A stretch of 64,000 nt of DNA from Gemmatimonadales bacterium (lineage in GTDB: Bacteria; Gemmatimonadota; Gemmatimonadetes; Gemmatimonadales; GWC2-71-9): positions 992,001 through 1,056,000 of the forward strand of contig JBBCJC010000002.1 of assembly GCA_037189525.1 (NCBI GenBank), read 5' to 3'. How positions within the stretch are numbered: position 1 is the stretch's first letter; each line of letters starts with the position of its first letter. The notes below the pieces were generated by a model that saw only the letters and a list, made by a program, of their open reading frames with translations, was not told the origin of the DNA and made no database searches. This document shows, in pieces, positions 20,096 through 29,807 of the stretch. The translations under genes and the position numbers were made by a program.

Positions 20096-20206
20096 CGGAT
20101 GCTCCTGCTCTTTGCTGTTGGGATTGTCAACGAGACACCTGTCTCTCTGTGGACCCGTACGCAGCCGGCGGTCCGGCCGATGCTGCGAGGGTGTGCCGGC
20201 TCCGGT

Positions 20207-22027
20207 TCAGCGTGGTCCGCTCCCTCCGGATTCCGGTGGCCGCGCCGGCGGAAGCTGTGTGAAATCCGTGAACCCGCCGAAGACCGACTGCGCCGTGATG
20301 CTGGATTCGATCGCGAGCAGCAGGGCTTCGAGTTCCTCGGTGGCCTTGGCGAGCGCCCGCCGATAGATCCGGCGATACCAGGCGAGCATACCCGTGCCCA
20401 GGAGCGCTCCGGCGCCGACGGCCGGGGCCGCGGCAAGCAGGCCGAGCCCCAGGCCGAGCGCGCCTACCGCACCGCCGACGACCGTACCGACCGTTCCGGC
20501 CGTCCCCGAGAACCATACGTCCCATTTGAGATTTTTGCGAAGGCCGGCCCGGAGGTCGCCATAGACCGAGACCTCGGTTGCTGCGGTGGGTCCGCCGAGT
20601 AATCTGAGGGTCACGCTGAGCTGGGGCAGGGCAATCTGGCTCATGCGATACCGGAACGGGGTGTAGTTCACCGCGTTCTGGGTATCGGCGACCTCGATCA
20701 GCCGGACGTTGAAGATCATCACGCCACCGTCGACGGGATGCCCGCCTACCGTCTCACGAAACGAAAGGAAGAACGGAGAATTCGGAAAGACCCGGCCGAT
20801 CGCCTCCAGCACTTCGCGCGCCGTTGCCGGGATCGTTCGGGCGACCGAGACGCTCCTGGCGCGGGTGCCGAGCAGCGAGGTGTAGAGATGATCGCGCGAG
20901 TCGACACCGGCAGTGGTTGGCACCGGGGCCTTGACGCCCTGCTCGGCGATGGCGAGTGCCACGAACTCGGAGCCGATACCGGCTTCGATGGCGGCTGCCT
21001 CGACGTCCTTCAGCCGATAGCTGTCGGTGGGAACCTTGGTTTCCTGCTCCGGCGACGGAGATTGGTATCGTCGCTGGACTCGGGTCGCGGCTTCGGCCTG
21101 GAGCTCGGAGGCGCGCCGCCAGATTTCCTGCGCCTGTTCGGGCGAAACGACCGTCGTGGCAGGCGATCCGCCCCCGGGTTCACGCTCGGCCGCTTCCCAC
21201 GCAGCGGTCAGGGCTTCGGCCAGCGCCTCGCCAGTGGGGAATCGGTCGGCGGGTTTCTTGGCGAGGCATCGTTCGATCACTGCTGCGAGCTGGCGGGGAA
21301 CGCCGGGAGCCGCCGCCTGGAGCGGAGGAGCCTGCCGAGTTGCATGCTGCACCAGCACCGCGGACGCCTGTTCGGCCTCGAAGGGCAGCCGGCCGGTGAG
21401 GGCTTGCCATCCGATCACGCCTAACGCGTAGAGATCGCTCCGGCCGTCGAGCTGATCGCCCGCCGCTTGCTCCGGACTCATGTAGTGGACCGAGCCGAGA
21501 ATCCAGCCGTCCTGGGTCAGGTTGGTGGCCCGGGTGTCGCGGGCAATCCCGAAGTCCGTGACGATGACGCGGCCGGCGCCGCGCTCGATCATCAGATTTT
21601 CCGGTTTGACGTCGCGGTGAATCACCCCGCGGGCGTGGGCGTATGCGAGAGCCCAGGCGGCTTCCCGAAGGACCCGCACCACCTCGCCGGCGGGAACCCG
21701 GCCTAACGTCTGGATCCGTTCGGCAAACGACTCGCCGTCGACATACCCCATGCTGAAAAACGCCAGGCCGTCGATCTCGTCGGCGCGAAAGATCGGCACG
21801 ATGTTGGGATGGGACAGCTGAGCCGCCGTCCGGGCCTCGCGGAGGAACCGCTCCCGGATTTCCGCATTGTCGAGCGCCGGCGGGAGCACTTTGATGGCGA
21901 CCAGGCGATCCAGCCGCTGTTCCCGGGCGAGATAGACCACGCCCATGCCGCCGCGGCCAAGCTCGCGCTGGACCACATACTGGCCACCCAGCCGCTGGTC
22001 GATCATCGCACGGAGCTGGTCGGTCAC
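20207..22027 (-). CDS. Hanks-type Ser/Thr protein kinase with C-terminal membrane domain
   Basis: LGRGGMG, VAIK, HRDVKPEN, DFG, YMSPE; TM hairpin near the C-terminus. Confidence 0.95.
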   Translation of the reverse strand: MTDQLRAMIDQRLGGQYVVQRELGRGGMGVVYLAREQRLDRLVAIKVLPPALDNAEIRERFLREARTAAQLSHPNIVPIFRADEIDGLAFFSMGYVDGESFAERIQTLGRVPAGEVVRVLREAAWALAYAHARGVIHRDVKPENLMIERGAGRVIVTDFGIARDTRATNLTQDGWILGSVHYMSPEQAAGDQLDGRSDLYALGVIGWQALTGRLPFEAEQASAVLVQHATRQAPPLQAAAPGVPRQLAAVIERCLAKKPADRFPTGEALAEALTAAWEAAEREPGGGSPATTVVSPEQAQEIWRRASELQAEAATRVQRRYQSPSPEQETKVPTDSYRLKDVEAAAIEAGIGSEFVALAIAEQGVKAPVPTTAGVDSRDHLYTSLLGTRARSVSVARTIPATAREVLEAIGRVFPNSPFFLSFRETVGGHPVDGGVMIFNVRLIEVADTQNAVNYTPFRYRMSQIALPQLSVTLRLLGGPTAATEVSVYGDLRAGLRKNLKWDVWFSGTAGTVGTVVGGAVGALGLGLGLLAAAPAVGAGALLGTGMLAWYRRIYRRALAKATEELEALLLAIESSITAQSVFGGFTDFTQLPPARPPESGGSGPR

Positions 22028-22152
22028 GAGGCTGGTTCCCCCATTGAGGCACTATCGGACGCCGCGGCAGTATACAGCGGCGCGAGAGCGGTTGCCATCC
22101 CGGCCCAAATCCGCGGCGAGGAAGGGGTGGGGAACGAACCTCATTGCTCCAT

Positions 22153-22390
22153 TCAGTGTCGTCCTTCCGGCGGGGCCTGTCTGGTCAGCAACTCGTCGAA
22201 CCCGGTGATCGCCCCGAGTTCGCGAGTGACATCACCCGGGGTGGATAGCAGCACCAGCATCCGGCCATCCGCGCCTATCGTGTGGTTCCAGGCGAAGGTG
22301 CGGATGAACGGGCCTTCGGACACCAGACGGGGCCGGTTAGTCCGCAGTCGCCCCTCGGTATTGATGTCGACTTCGTAGAAACGGCGGCCG
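22153..22390 (-). pseudogene. Orphan 3' fragment of a TolB/PD40-like beta-propeller gene
   Basis: Start-less frame GRRFYEVDINTEGRLRTNRPRLVSEGPFIRTFAWNHTIGADGRMLVLL..ITGFDELLTRQAP*. Confidence 0.5.
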
Positions 22391-22499
22391 GCCGCCCCCG
22401 CCCCCGGGCTTGCGGGACGTCGCCGGCCCGTTTCATATCCTGTCCGAGCACGCTCGCGCCGGGGCTGCCCGGACGCACCTTTTTCACGAAGGCTTTCCG

Positions 22500-23417
22500 A
22501 TGAAATCAGGCATGGTGGTGGCGGCGGCTGTCCTCCTCGCGTGGTCGGCCGCGCCTGCCGATGCGCAGCTGCTGAGCCGGCCGGTGCCGAACCGCGGCGT
22601 CGAGTCGTTCACCTTCCAGTCGCCGTCGATGGGGGTCCGGTTCTCCCTCAATGTGGGCATGCCGACGGGATACAAGCCGGGAGACGGGAAGAAGTATCCG
22701 GCGTTGATCGTGACGGACGGCGACTTCGTCTTCGGAAGCGTCTATGAGGCGGCTGGTACGCTGTCCGGCGTGATCGCGCCGCTGTTCGTGATCAGCATCG
22801 GGACGTCGTTGGAGGAGGGCGAGCAGGAGCACACCCGGCGGCGGATCTACGAGTTCTCGCCTCCGGGCTGGGATCGGAAGGACACCTTCGGAGAGTTGAT
22901 CACCCAGTTCTGCAAGAGTCTCCAGACTCCGGATGATCGATGCGCCGGCGGTGCGGGCAAGTTCCTCGAGGCCATTGCGACCGAGATGATTCCGCAACTC
23001 GCGGCCCAGTTCCCGATCGACACCGTGCAACTCGGTCTCTTCGGACTCTCGGCCGGCGGCTTCTTCACGTCGTGGGCCATCTTCCAGGACAATTCGCCGT
23101 TCAAGAATTACATCATCTCGAGTCCGGCCATGGCGTACGGGCACGGGGAAATTTTCCGGCAGGAGGCGCGCTATGCCCAGTCGCACAAGGACCTTCCGGT
23201 CGGGATCTACCTCGCGGCCGGGGTACTCGAGGCTACCGACCCGCAGCTCGAAGGGATCGGCGAGATCGTGAGCGGGATGTCACATTTGGCCGGGGTACTG
23301 GCGGGTCGGAAGTATCCCGGGCTCAAGCTGTCGATCGAGTTCCATCCGGGGATGGGGCACACCGACGTCATGGCCGCGTCGGTGGTGAGGGGGCTGCGCA
23401 CGCTCTACGCGAAGTAA
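22500..23417 (+). CDS. Secreted alpha/beta hydrolase esterase (IroE/Fes-like)
   Basis: KKYPALIVTDGD, GLSAGG nucleophile elbow, C-terminal His. Confidence 0.85.
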   Translation: MKSGMVVAAAVLLAWSAAPADAQLLSRPVPNRGVESFTFQSPSMGVRFSLNVGMPTGYKPGDGKKYPALIVTDGDFVFGSVYEAAGTLSGVIAPLFVISIGTSLEEGEQEHTRRRIYEFSPPGWDRKDTFGELITQFCKSLQTPDDRCAGGAGKFLEAIATEMIPQLAAQFPIDTVQLGLFGLSAGGFFTSWAIFQDNSPFKNYIISSPAMAYGHGEIFRQEARYAQSHKDLPVGIYLAAGVLEATDPQLEGIGEIVSGMSHLAGVLAGRKYPGLKLSIEFHPGMGHTDVMAASVVRGLRTLYAK

Positions 23418-23641
23418 CGCGATCCACGGAGTGGCGTGCTCCAAGGTCGAGATTCATGCCGGCTCCTCCCGGAGGGCCGGAGTTTTCGGTCCGGCCGGCA
23501 TCTGTCGGTAGCGTTCGGCAATGCGCCTGAGCCGCTCGAAGAGCGGTATGAATCGCGGGTCGTCCATCACGCCCTGCCAGACGATGTGAGACTAGGGGCA
23601 AGGAGCCTGAAAGGAGCCGGAGCAAATGGTAGCTGCGCTCG

Positions 23642-24154
23642 TTACGGCAACTTTCCGAGACCTGATACAACGAGCTTTCGAAGGGGCTCGCGCAGGGCTT
23701 CCGATCTCTTCAACTCACCCGCGAGGATGACAGCGAAAATCGTCGGACCCGTGCGTACGACCCAGACGGCGCCTTCGTCGGACGATGAGCCCCAGAAGGC
23801 CTGGTCTCCGGGGCCTGGCACTGCCGCCAGCTGAAGACCTTCCGGGAAACTCTTGAGAAACTGCGCCGAACTGGCCAGGGCTTGCGTTGCTTCGGCGGTG
23901 GAGCGGAAGCGAAGGATCCGCGCCGCAAAATAGTTCTCACCTGCGAGCCATCCGCATGTCCACGTCGTGGCTCCCGGGAACTCTTTCGTGTCCGGACCAT
24001 CGGGCTGACCCTGTGCCGGCGACACGCCGGTTACCGAGGTAATCTCCGCCGCTGAGAAAAGCTGGCAAGGACGAGGGTCGGGCGACTGTGCCGCGATGGG
24101 CATAGCGCCATAGGCGATTGCCATGGCACCTAGAAGCATCGTGCGTGTTCGCAT
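23642..24154 (-). CDS. Secreted hypothetical protein (DUF3558-like)
   Basis: Signal peptide; PCQLFSAAEI, Cys pair, VPGPGDQAFW. Confidence 0.6.
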   Translation of the reverse strand: MRTRTMLLGAMAIAYGAMPIAAQSPDPRPCQLFSAAEITSVTGVSPAQGQPDGPDTKEFPGATTWTCGWLAGENYFAARILRFRSTAEATQALASSAQFLKSFPEGLQLAAVPGPGDQAFWGSSSDEGAVWVVRTGPTIFAVILAGELKRSEALREPLRKLVVSGLGKLP

Positions 24155-24424
24155 AGTCGTCTCCCTTCGGATGCCCGCCTGGTACAGGTTCCTCATGCGC
24201 AAATTCGTACTCCGGGTGCAACGCACGCGGTGATGGAATGCGGTAGCTCGTCACCCGCGGGCTCCGGCCCCGGTCATCGCCGAGGAACGGTACATCTCGG
24301 TTTCATCCTCGGCCAGGGGGCGCTACCCCTGTGACGATTGTCGGTCACGGCAGCACGATTGGGCATGGGGCCGCATCCCCGTTGCGTCGGTCGTCGGCGT
24401 GTGGCGCTGATGATAGATTGGGGC

Positions 24425-25894
24425 ATGACCACCACGATTCGCGCCGGCCTGACCGGCCCCCTGCTACTCCTCGCGATTGCTGCCTGCGCTCCGGCGCCTA
24501 CGTACGATATCGTTCTCTCGGGCGGCCGAGTGATGGATCCGGCTTCGGGACTCGACTCGGTCCTCAACGTCGGTATTCTGGGTGACAGTGTTGCGGCACT
24601 GTCGGCCACGCCGCTCGCGGGCAAGGAGGTCGTCGACGTTACCGGGCTGGTCGTCGCGCCCGGCTTCATCGATCTCCACGCGCATGGTCAGACTCAGGGC
24701 GACATGGAAATCCAGGCGCGCGACGGCGTCACCAGCGCGCTCGACATGGAAGCGGGTGTGTTTCCGGTCGCCAAGTGGTATGCCTCACGCGAGGGTAAGT
24801 CGCCGCTCAACTACGGCGGGACCGTGAGCCATCGAGGGGCGCGGTTCTTCGTGTTTCATGACGGGGTCGAGCCCCTGCATGGCGCGACCAACCCCAGGCC
24901 CATCAGCGCGCTGGGCCCGATGCCGGCAGGCGCCAATCAGGCGGCAAACGACGAGCAGATCCAGGCCATGGAGCGCCTGATCGATGAAGGGCTCGATCAG
25001 GGTGCCTTGGGTGTCGGTTTCGGGATCAACTATTCGCCGGCTGCCACGCCGGAAGAAATCACTCGGTTGTTCCGCGTTGCGGCTCGGCGGAAGATCCCGG
25101 TGTATGTCCATACTCGGGCGTTCGGCATCGGTCCGATTCGCGAGGCGATCACGACGGCCCGCGAAGCTGGCGCGTCACTGCACGTGGTGCACGTCGGCAG
25201 CAGCTCCCTGGGCGACTTGCCCGCCGCGCTGGCATTGATCGACTCCGCCAAAGCCGCCGGTCAGGACGTGACGACCGAGGTCTATCCCTACACCGCCGGG
25301 TCGACCTTGTTGCAGTCCGCCATGTTCAATCCCGGTTGGCAGGCCAATCTCCGGGTCGATTATCCGGACCTGGCGTGGGCGCTCACGGGCGAGCGGCTCA
25401 ATCGCGCGAGCTTCGAGCGGTACCGCAAGCAGGGCGGCTGGGTCGTGATCCACATGATGAAAGAAGAGAACATCGTCAAAGCCATCGGGCATCCGGGAGT
25501 GATGATCGCGAGTGACGGGGTGCCCTATGTGAACGGGACCGGTCATCCTCGCGGAGCGGGGACCTACGCGCGCATTCTCGGCCGCTACGTGCGCGAGCAG
25601 CAGGTGCTGACTTTGATGGACGCCCTGGGGCGGATGACCATCCTTCCGGCGCGGCGGCTCGAGCCGAGTGTGCCGATGATGGCGAGAAAGGGCCGGGTGC
25701 AGGTCGGCGCGGATGCGGACCTGACGATCTTCGATCCGGCTCGTGTGATCGATCGTTCGACCTTTACCGAGCCGGCGCTTCGGTCGGAGGGCATTCCTCA
25801 CGTGCTCGTGAACGGCACGTTCGTGGTTCGGAACGGAGAGAATGTGGCGGGCGCGGTGCCTGGCCGTCCGGTCCGCGCCCCGATCAAACCCTGA
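24425..25894 (+). CDS. Amidohydrolase lipoprotein (D-aminoacylase-like)
   Basis: IAAC lipobox, APGFIDLHAH, IASDG, HPRGAGTYAR, GADADLTIFD. Confidence 0.9.
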   Translation: MTTTIRAGLTGPLLLLAIAACAPAPTYDIVLSGGRVMDPASGLDSVLNVGILGDSVAALSATPLAGKEVVDVTGLVVAPGFIDLHAHGQTQGDMEIQARDGVTSALDMEAGVFPVAKWYASREGKSPLNYGGTVSHRGARFFVFHDGVEPLHGATNPRPISALGPMPAGANQAANDEQIQAMERLIDEGLDQGALGVGFGINYSPAATPEEITRLFRVAARRKIPVYVHTRAFGIGPIREAITTAREAGASLHVVHVGSSSLGDLPAALALIDSAKAAGQDVTTEVYPYTAGSTLLQSAMFNPGWQANLRVDYPDLAWALTGERLNRASFERYRKQGGWVVIHMMKEENIVKAIGHPGVMIASDGVPYVNGTGHPRGAGTYARILGRYVREQQVLTLMDALGRMTILPARRLEPSVPMMARKGRVQVGADADLTIFDPARVIDRSTFTEPALRSEGIPHVLVNGTFVVRNGENVAGAVPGRPVRAPIKP

Positions 25895-25906
25895 AGCCGG
25901 CGTCGG

Positions 25907-26311
25907 CTACTCGTTGGTTTTCTGATCGAGATAGGCCTTGATCCTCGACCAGTACTGCTCGCGCCAAGCGCGTTCGGTCTCGGGGATCAGGTCCTTGGGC
26001 ACGCCGCGATGTGTCAGTACGAGTTCCGTGCCGCCGTCGGGCGTCGGTGTCAGCGTGACCGCTGCCATCGAAAAGATGCCTTCGGGAAAACGGCGGTGCC
26101 GCCAGGCCTGCACGATGCGCCGGCCGGGAACGAGATCGACGTTGACTCCGGAGACGTCATTCCCACTGGCGGAAAATGTTCCACCGATCTTGCGGCTGAT
26201 GGTCGCCTTCCGGCCGGTTACCGCCGAGTGTTTCCGCGAGTCAGCCAGCAGATCGTAGATGGTGGCGGGCGGGGCTTTGAGCTTCACGCGCTGCTTGATG
26301 GTCTTGCACAT
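25907..26311 (-). CDS. SRPBCC/AHSA1 domain protein
   Basis: MCKTIKQ, IYDLLADSRKH, RIVQAWR, LVLTHRGVP. Confidence 0.85.
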   Translation of the reverse strand: MCKTIKQRVKLKAPPATIYDLLADSRKHSAVTGRKATISRKIGGTFSASGNDVSGVNVDLVPGRRIVQAWRHRRFPEGIFSMAAVTLTPTPDGGTELVLTHRGVPKDLIPETERAWREQYWSRIKAYLDQKTNE

Positions 26312-26402
26312 CGCTCGGTGTCCTTGGCTGCTCGGATCGAGTTGGCTCAGGGCGCGCGGCAGCCTTCGTCCCAGAGCTGCCCGTAGTGCTGCGCCGCGGT
26401 AC

Positions 26403-26843
26403 CTACCCCTTGCGGACGTGGAAGAAGGCGATGACATACCCGTCGGCATCGGCGACCTCGAAGCCCCACAGTCCGTCGTCGATGAACGATAGCTCCGTTA
26501 CGAATGATACGCCCCGCTCCTTGAACTCGGTAAAGAGGGTATCGGGGTCCAAGGTGTAGATGTACGCATCCCACCGGGCCCACGCATGCCGGCTGCGGTT
26601 CGGGCTCGGCAGGACGTCAGGGTTGATCACCTTGAGCATGATGCCGGCCCCCTCGCGACTCACCTTGCAATAGTAGGAATCTCCTTCCGGTCGCTTGAAG
26701 TCGAGTTTGAAGCCCATGCGTTCGATGTAGTAGGAGACCGATGCGTCGAGATCCTTCACGATGAAGAACGGAGTGATCGAGACGAGATTTGGCGCGGCTG
26801 TTCCCGATGCAGCGTGCTGGGAGCCGATTTTGGTGGAACTCAT
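26403..26843 (-). CDS. VOC/bleomycin-resistance family protein
   Basis: TPFFIVKDLDASVSYY, GFEVADADGYVIAF. Confidence 0.85.
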   Translation of the reverse strand: MSSTKIGSQHAASGTAAPNLVSITPFFIVKDLDASVSYYIERMGFKLDFKRPEGDSYYCKVSREGAGIMLKVINPDVLPSPNRSRHAWARWDAYIYTLDPDTLFTEFKERGVSFVTELSFIDDGLWGFEVADADGYVIAFFHVRKG

Positions 26844-26858
26844 ATCGTGTCTCTCCGC

Positions 26859-26965
26859 GTTGGACGGCTCAGGTTGGACTCAGTCCCAAAATACCGTCGA
26901 CGTTGTTAGCCCGCGAGGCGGGGCCGCGGCGTTGGATGGGAGCTTGCCCGACTGGCCGCTGTAAC
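26859..26965 (-). repeat. Strongly eroded attC (long family)
   Basis: gttggacggc...cttgcccgactggccgctgtaac resembles the 30867 and 32281 sites; inverse core lost. Confidence 0.4.
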
Positions 26966-26975
26966 GGTAACCCAG

Positions 26976-27752
26976 CTATCGCCAGAGGTCGCCGATCGAG
27001 CGAACTCCGGGAACCAAGGCCTGCAGGGCATAGCCGCCGATCGCGAGGCTAACGAGAATGGCAGCGAATGGTTTCCAGGACCGGCGCACTACACCGGCCA
27101 ACCAATGCTGAGGCGATAGCTGTCGCAGGTGACGGTAGGCCCACGCCGCTATGATACCGTCCAGTAGTACTTCTGCAAGAAGCGAAGGTGCTCCGAGCAC
27201 AATGGCGAAGGAGCCGAAGAGGCCGGCGAACACGAAGCCAAGGAGGACGATGGGAACGACGATGACTGCCAAGGACTCATCCAAGTCGACGACATCTATG
27301 AGGTCGATCGAGTCGGAGTCCGCCGGTTCCATGGGAGACACCGGGGACGGAGCATTGATCGAGCTGCCGGCTCCACTCCCTGAGAACTCACCACCGCCAC
27401 CGAACGTGAATGACGGCTCAGCTGGCGCGGAATCGGGAGCGAGACCGGAAGGGTCGATGTGATCCAGCCAACGTGAGCGCTCCCGCTGGGCCTGTCCCAG
27501 CCGCCGCGTCAACCAGATCTTGATGCCAAGCAGGAATGCGAGATAGCCTGCGCAGGCCGCCAGGGTGTACCGTAACGCCATCGAGCCTACGCCGAGGCTC
27601 AGCAGTCCAGCGGACAGGAGGAACCCTGCAGTGCCGGCGCCCAATACGACGCCGAGCATCGCTATTCGCGGGCTTCCATCACCCTCCAGGCGTTTAGCAA
27701 GCGCGGCGATTGCTCTTTGCCGCCTTTTACGGCGTATACCTTTACCCGGCAT
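26976..27752 (-). CDS. Hypothetical membrane protein (cassette)
   Basis: TM helices flanking FGGGGEFSGSGAG; APSLLAEVLLD, HWLAGVVRRSW. Confidence 0.75.
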   Translation of the reverse strand: MPGKGIRRKRRQRAIAALAKRLEGDGSPRIAMLGVVLGAGTAGFLLSAGLLSLGVGSMALRYTLAACAGYLAFLLGIKIWLTRRLGQAQRERSRWLDHIDPSGLAPDSAPAEPSFTFGGGGEFSGSGAGSSINAPSPVSPMEPADSDSIDLIDVVDLDESLAVIVVPIVLLGFVFAGLFGSFAIVLGAPSLLAEVLLDGIIAAWAYRHLRQLSPQHWLAGVVRRSWKPFAAILVSLAIGGYALQALVPGVRSIGDLWR

Positions 27753-27774
27753 AGAAGAATCGATGCATTGGATT

Positions 27775-27846
27775 GCCTAACGGTTATCGCTGACTGCAAA
27801 CAGGCATCGCAGTGATGCGTATGTCAGGCTGCATTGTTGGTTAGGC
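27775..27846 (-). repeat. attC site, intact, 72 bp
   Basis: Minus strand GCCTAAC-caaca-ATGCAGCCTGAC...GCAGTCAGC-gataacc-GTTAGGC; perfect RYYYAAC/GTTRRRY; about 20 bp after the stop. Confidence 0.85.
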
Positions 27847-27865
27847 GGGGTCTGCACGATGCCGG

Positions 27866-28579
27866 CTACTCCCAAAGAAAATAGTAGACTACCCGAAAAC
27901 GCCGTGACAGGATCACGTTGTGCTCGCCCGGCTGCGTAAGGAGATACTCCCCCAGTCGAAAGACGGTGCTGGTGGTATCGACGAGTCGACCCAGTCGTTC
28001 GAAGGTCGCGCCGACTCGGCGGCAGATGTTCCGGTCCTGCACGAGCCGAATCGCCTGCCCGAGGGAATCCACGTTCGACGTCAATCCGAGATGCTGTCGC
28101 ATCTGAGGTGCAGCGAGGGCGTCTACCCACCAGGCGTGCTGGGAAGCGATCTCCGTACTGTCGCGTGTGCAGGTCCAGGCGGCCCGGTGGGCTCGCGCGA
28201 CGCTCATCCGGACCGAGTCGGCTGGGCATTCACCGAGACAGAAGGCCTGAGCCGTGAGGAGGACGACGAGACTGTCTCCGCCAGGCTGCGTCACGGATAC
28301 GGTGCTATCGTACGTACGATAGCCAAGGGCCCGCACGGTAATGCTGTAGCGTCCGACGGCTAGCCCCGACATGTGGAACAGTCCGGCCGAGTCGGATCGC
28401 AGTCCGATTGCACTGTCCCCGGCGGAGCGGCGGACGATGATACGCGCATTCGCGATCGGCCGCTGCCCGGTCACGTCCCGCACATGCCCGACGATCCTCG
28501 CTGCCGGCTCTTGGGCGACAAGGCTCGTGCCCAAGAGGGTGATTATGCCGAGTAAGCTGACAAGCCGTTTCATGGGCAC
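27866..28579 (-). CDS. Secreted carboxypeptidase-regulatory-like domain protein (cassette)
   Basis: Signal peptide; GHVRD..RPIANA, SDSAGLF, GRYSITVRALGY. Confidence 0.7.
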   Translation of the reverse strand: MPMKRLVSLLGIITLLGTSLVAQEPAARIVGHVRDVTGQRPIANARIIVRRSAGDSAIGLRSDSAGLFHMSGLAVGRYSITVRALGYRTYDSTVSVTQPGGDSLVVLLTAQAFCLGECPADSVRMSVARAHRAAWTCTRDSTEIASQHAWWVDALAAPQMRQHLGLTSNVDSLGQAIRLVQDRNICRRVGATFERLGRLVDTTSTVFRLGEYLLTQPGEHNVILSRRFRVVYYFLWE

Positions 28580-28580
28580 T

Positions 28581-28600
28581 ACCTAACGACTCTGCTAAGT
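28581..28600 (-). repeat. attC remnant (core site GTTAGGT only)
   Basis: GTTAGGT directly before the cassette start; no matching inverse core. Confidence 0.45.
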
Positions 28601-28632
28601 ACCGGGAGAATGGCGCCTTCGTGCGATCGTGG

Positions 28633-29118
28633 CTAGTCCACGAGTCCGGGACGGTTTGGCATTGCGATCATCGTGCCAGTCATGGTGGCGATGAGCGTGC
28701 CGGTCATGTCCGGCGTTGCCCCGGGTTTTACTTCGCCGTCCGTGTCGGCCACGCGGAACTCACCCGAGACGACGGTCAAGGTCCGGCCCGCGCGAACGAC
28801 CCGCCCGATCGCATAGAAGCGACTCCCTCGTGCCGGCGCGAGCAAGTTGACCTTGAACTCTACGCTCAACACTGCCGCGCCGGACTCCATCAGACTGAGC
28901 GCTGCATAGCCGCAGGCGCTGTCCATCACGGTCGTCACTATGCCGGCATGGAGAAAGCCATGCTGTTGCGTCAGTTCCGACCGGAACGGGAGTGCGAGGA
29001 TGACCTCGCCTGGCTCGACTCGCGCTAGCGTGGCGCCGAGGGTCGCCATCACGGCCTGTCGCTCAAAGCTCGAACGGACACGCTGCTCGAAGTCCGGGTC
29101 TCGCGGTGTCTGGGACAT
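28633..29118 (-). CDS. PaaI family thioesterase
   Basis: QQHGFLHAGIVTTVMDSACGYAA, SVEFKVNLLAPA. Confidence 0.9.
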   Translation of the reverse strand: MSQTPRDPDFEQRVRSSFERQAVMATLGATLARVEPGEVILALPFRSELTQQHGFLHAGIVTTVMDSACGYAALSLMESGAAVLSVEFKVNLLAPARGSRFYAIGRVVRAGRTLTVVSGEFRVADTDGEVKPGATPDMTGTLIATMTGTMIAMPNRPGLVD

Positions 29119-29203
29119 CAGAGCAACTTAGCGTTGCTTGCCGAGCGGCTCAACGCCCAGCGCTTCATCGACCTTCTCCTGGGTCCTCGTTTCGTTTGAG
29201 GTT

Positions 29204-29344
29204 GCCTAACGATTGAGGTGGTCAGCAGTAGGCGCCCCTCGGAGCCGAGCGGTTCGCGCTGTCCTCCGACTAACGTGGTGGAACGGTCGCGACTCCGGAA
29301 GAGGACGCTTGCCCGGCCGGATGTCTGCAAACCCATGTTTAGGT
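29204..29344 (-). repeat. attC site, long family, inverse core mutated
   Basis: Plus strand gcctaac...gcgactccggaag...ctgcaaaccc..gtttaggt; homologous to 32281-32417. Confidence 0.7.
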
Positions 29345-29743
29345 GATGTGATCCTGGAACCACTTTCGGGAACGGGCAGACATGATGAGGTCGATACATT
29401 CGAAATGCAGCCCCCAGCGCCAATGATAGCCCGCCAATGATGGGGAGACGACCGTATTTCAACCTCTCCGGCCCCAACGTGGCTAGCGCCAGCCAAGCGA
29501 GCGCCAGATGTGTCTTCCGAAGACGCTCATTATCTCGCCGAATTGCTGATAACCGTGGATGCCTCGTATTCCACCGTCGAACAGAACGAGCAGCCATTGA
29601 GGGAGCCACGCGATGCCCAGGGCCTGAGCATTCTTCGCAAGCCGATTGCGCGCTGTCGCCAGGCTGTTCGGTAAGACGTCCTCGGCAAATCGAATGTCGT
29701 CCAACAACCGTGCTCGTCGCCGGAGTAGGCGCCATCGTGACAT
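29345..29743 (-). pseudogene. Possible degraded cassette ORF
   Basis: About 400 bp between two attC sites; ATG 9 bp after the core site; no frame gives a recognisable protein. Confidence 0.3.
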
Positions 29744-29752
29744 CCAGAGGCC

Positions 29753-29801
29753 CTCTAACGTTTGCTTTTGCAATTAGCAGAGTGTGTGACCGTTGTTAGA
29801 T
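29753..29801 (-). repeat. attC, internally deleted (49 bp)
   Basis: Minus strand ATCTAAC...GTTAGAG, a few bp after the stop at 29808. Confidence 0.55.
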
Positions 29802-29807
29802 CGTCGA

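Noticed and set aside
26312..26402. Further attC remnant (gctgcccgtagtgctgc)
   Set aside because: No core or inverse core site; similarity too short
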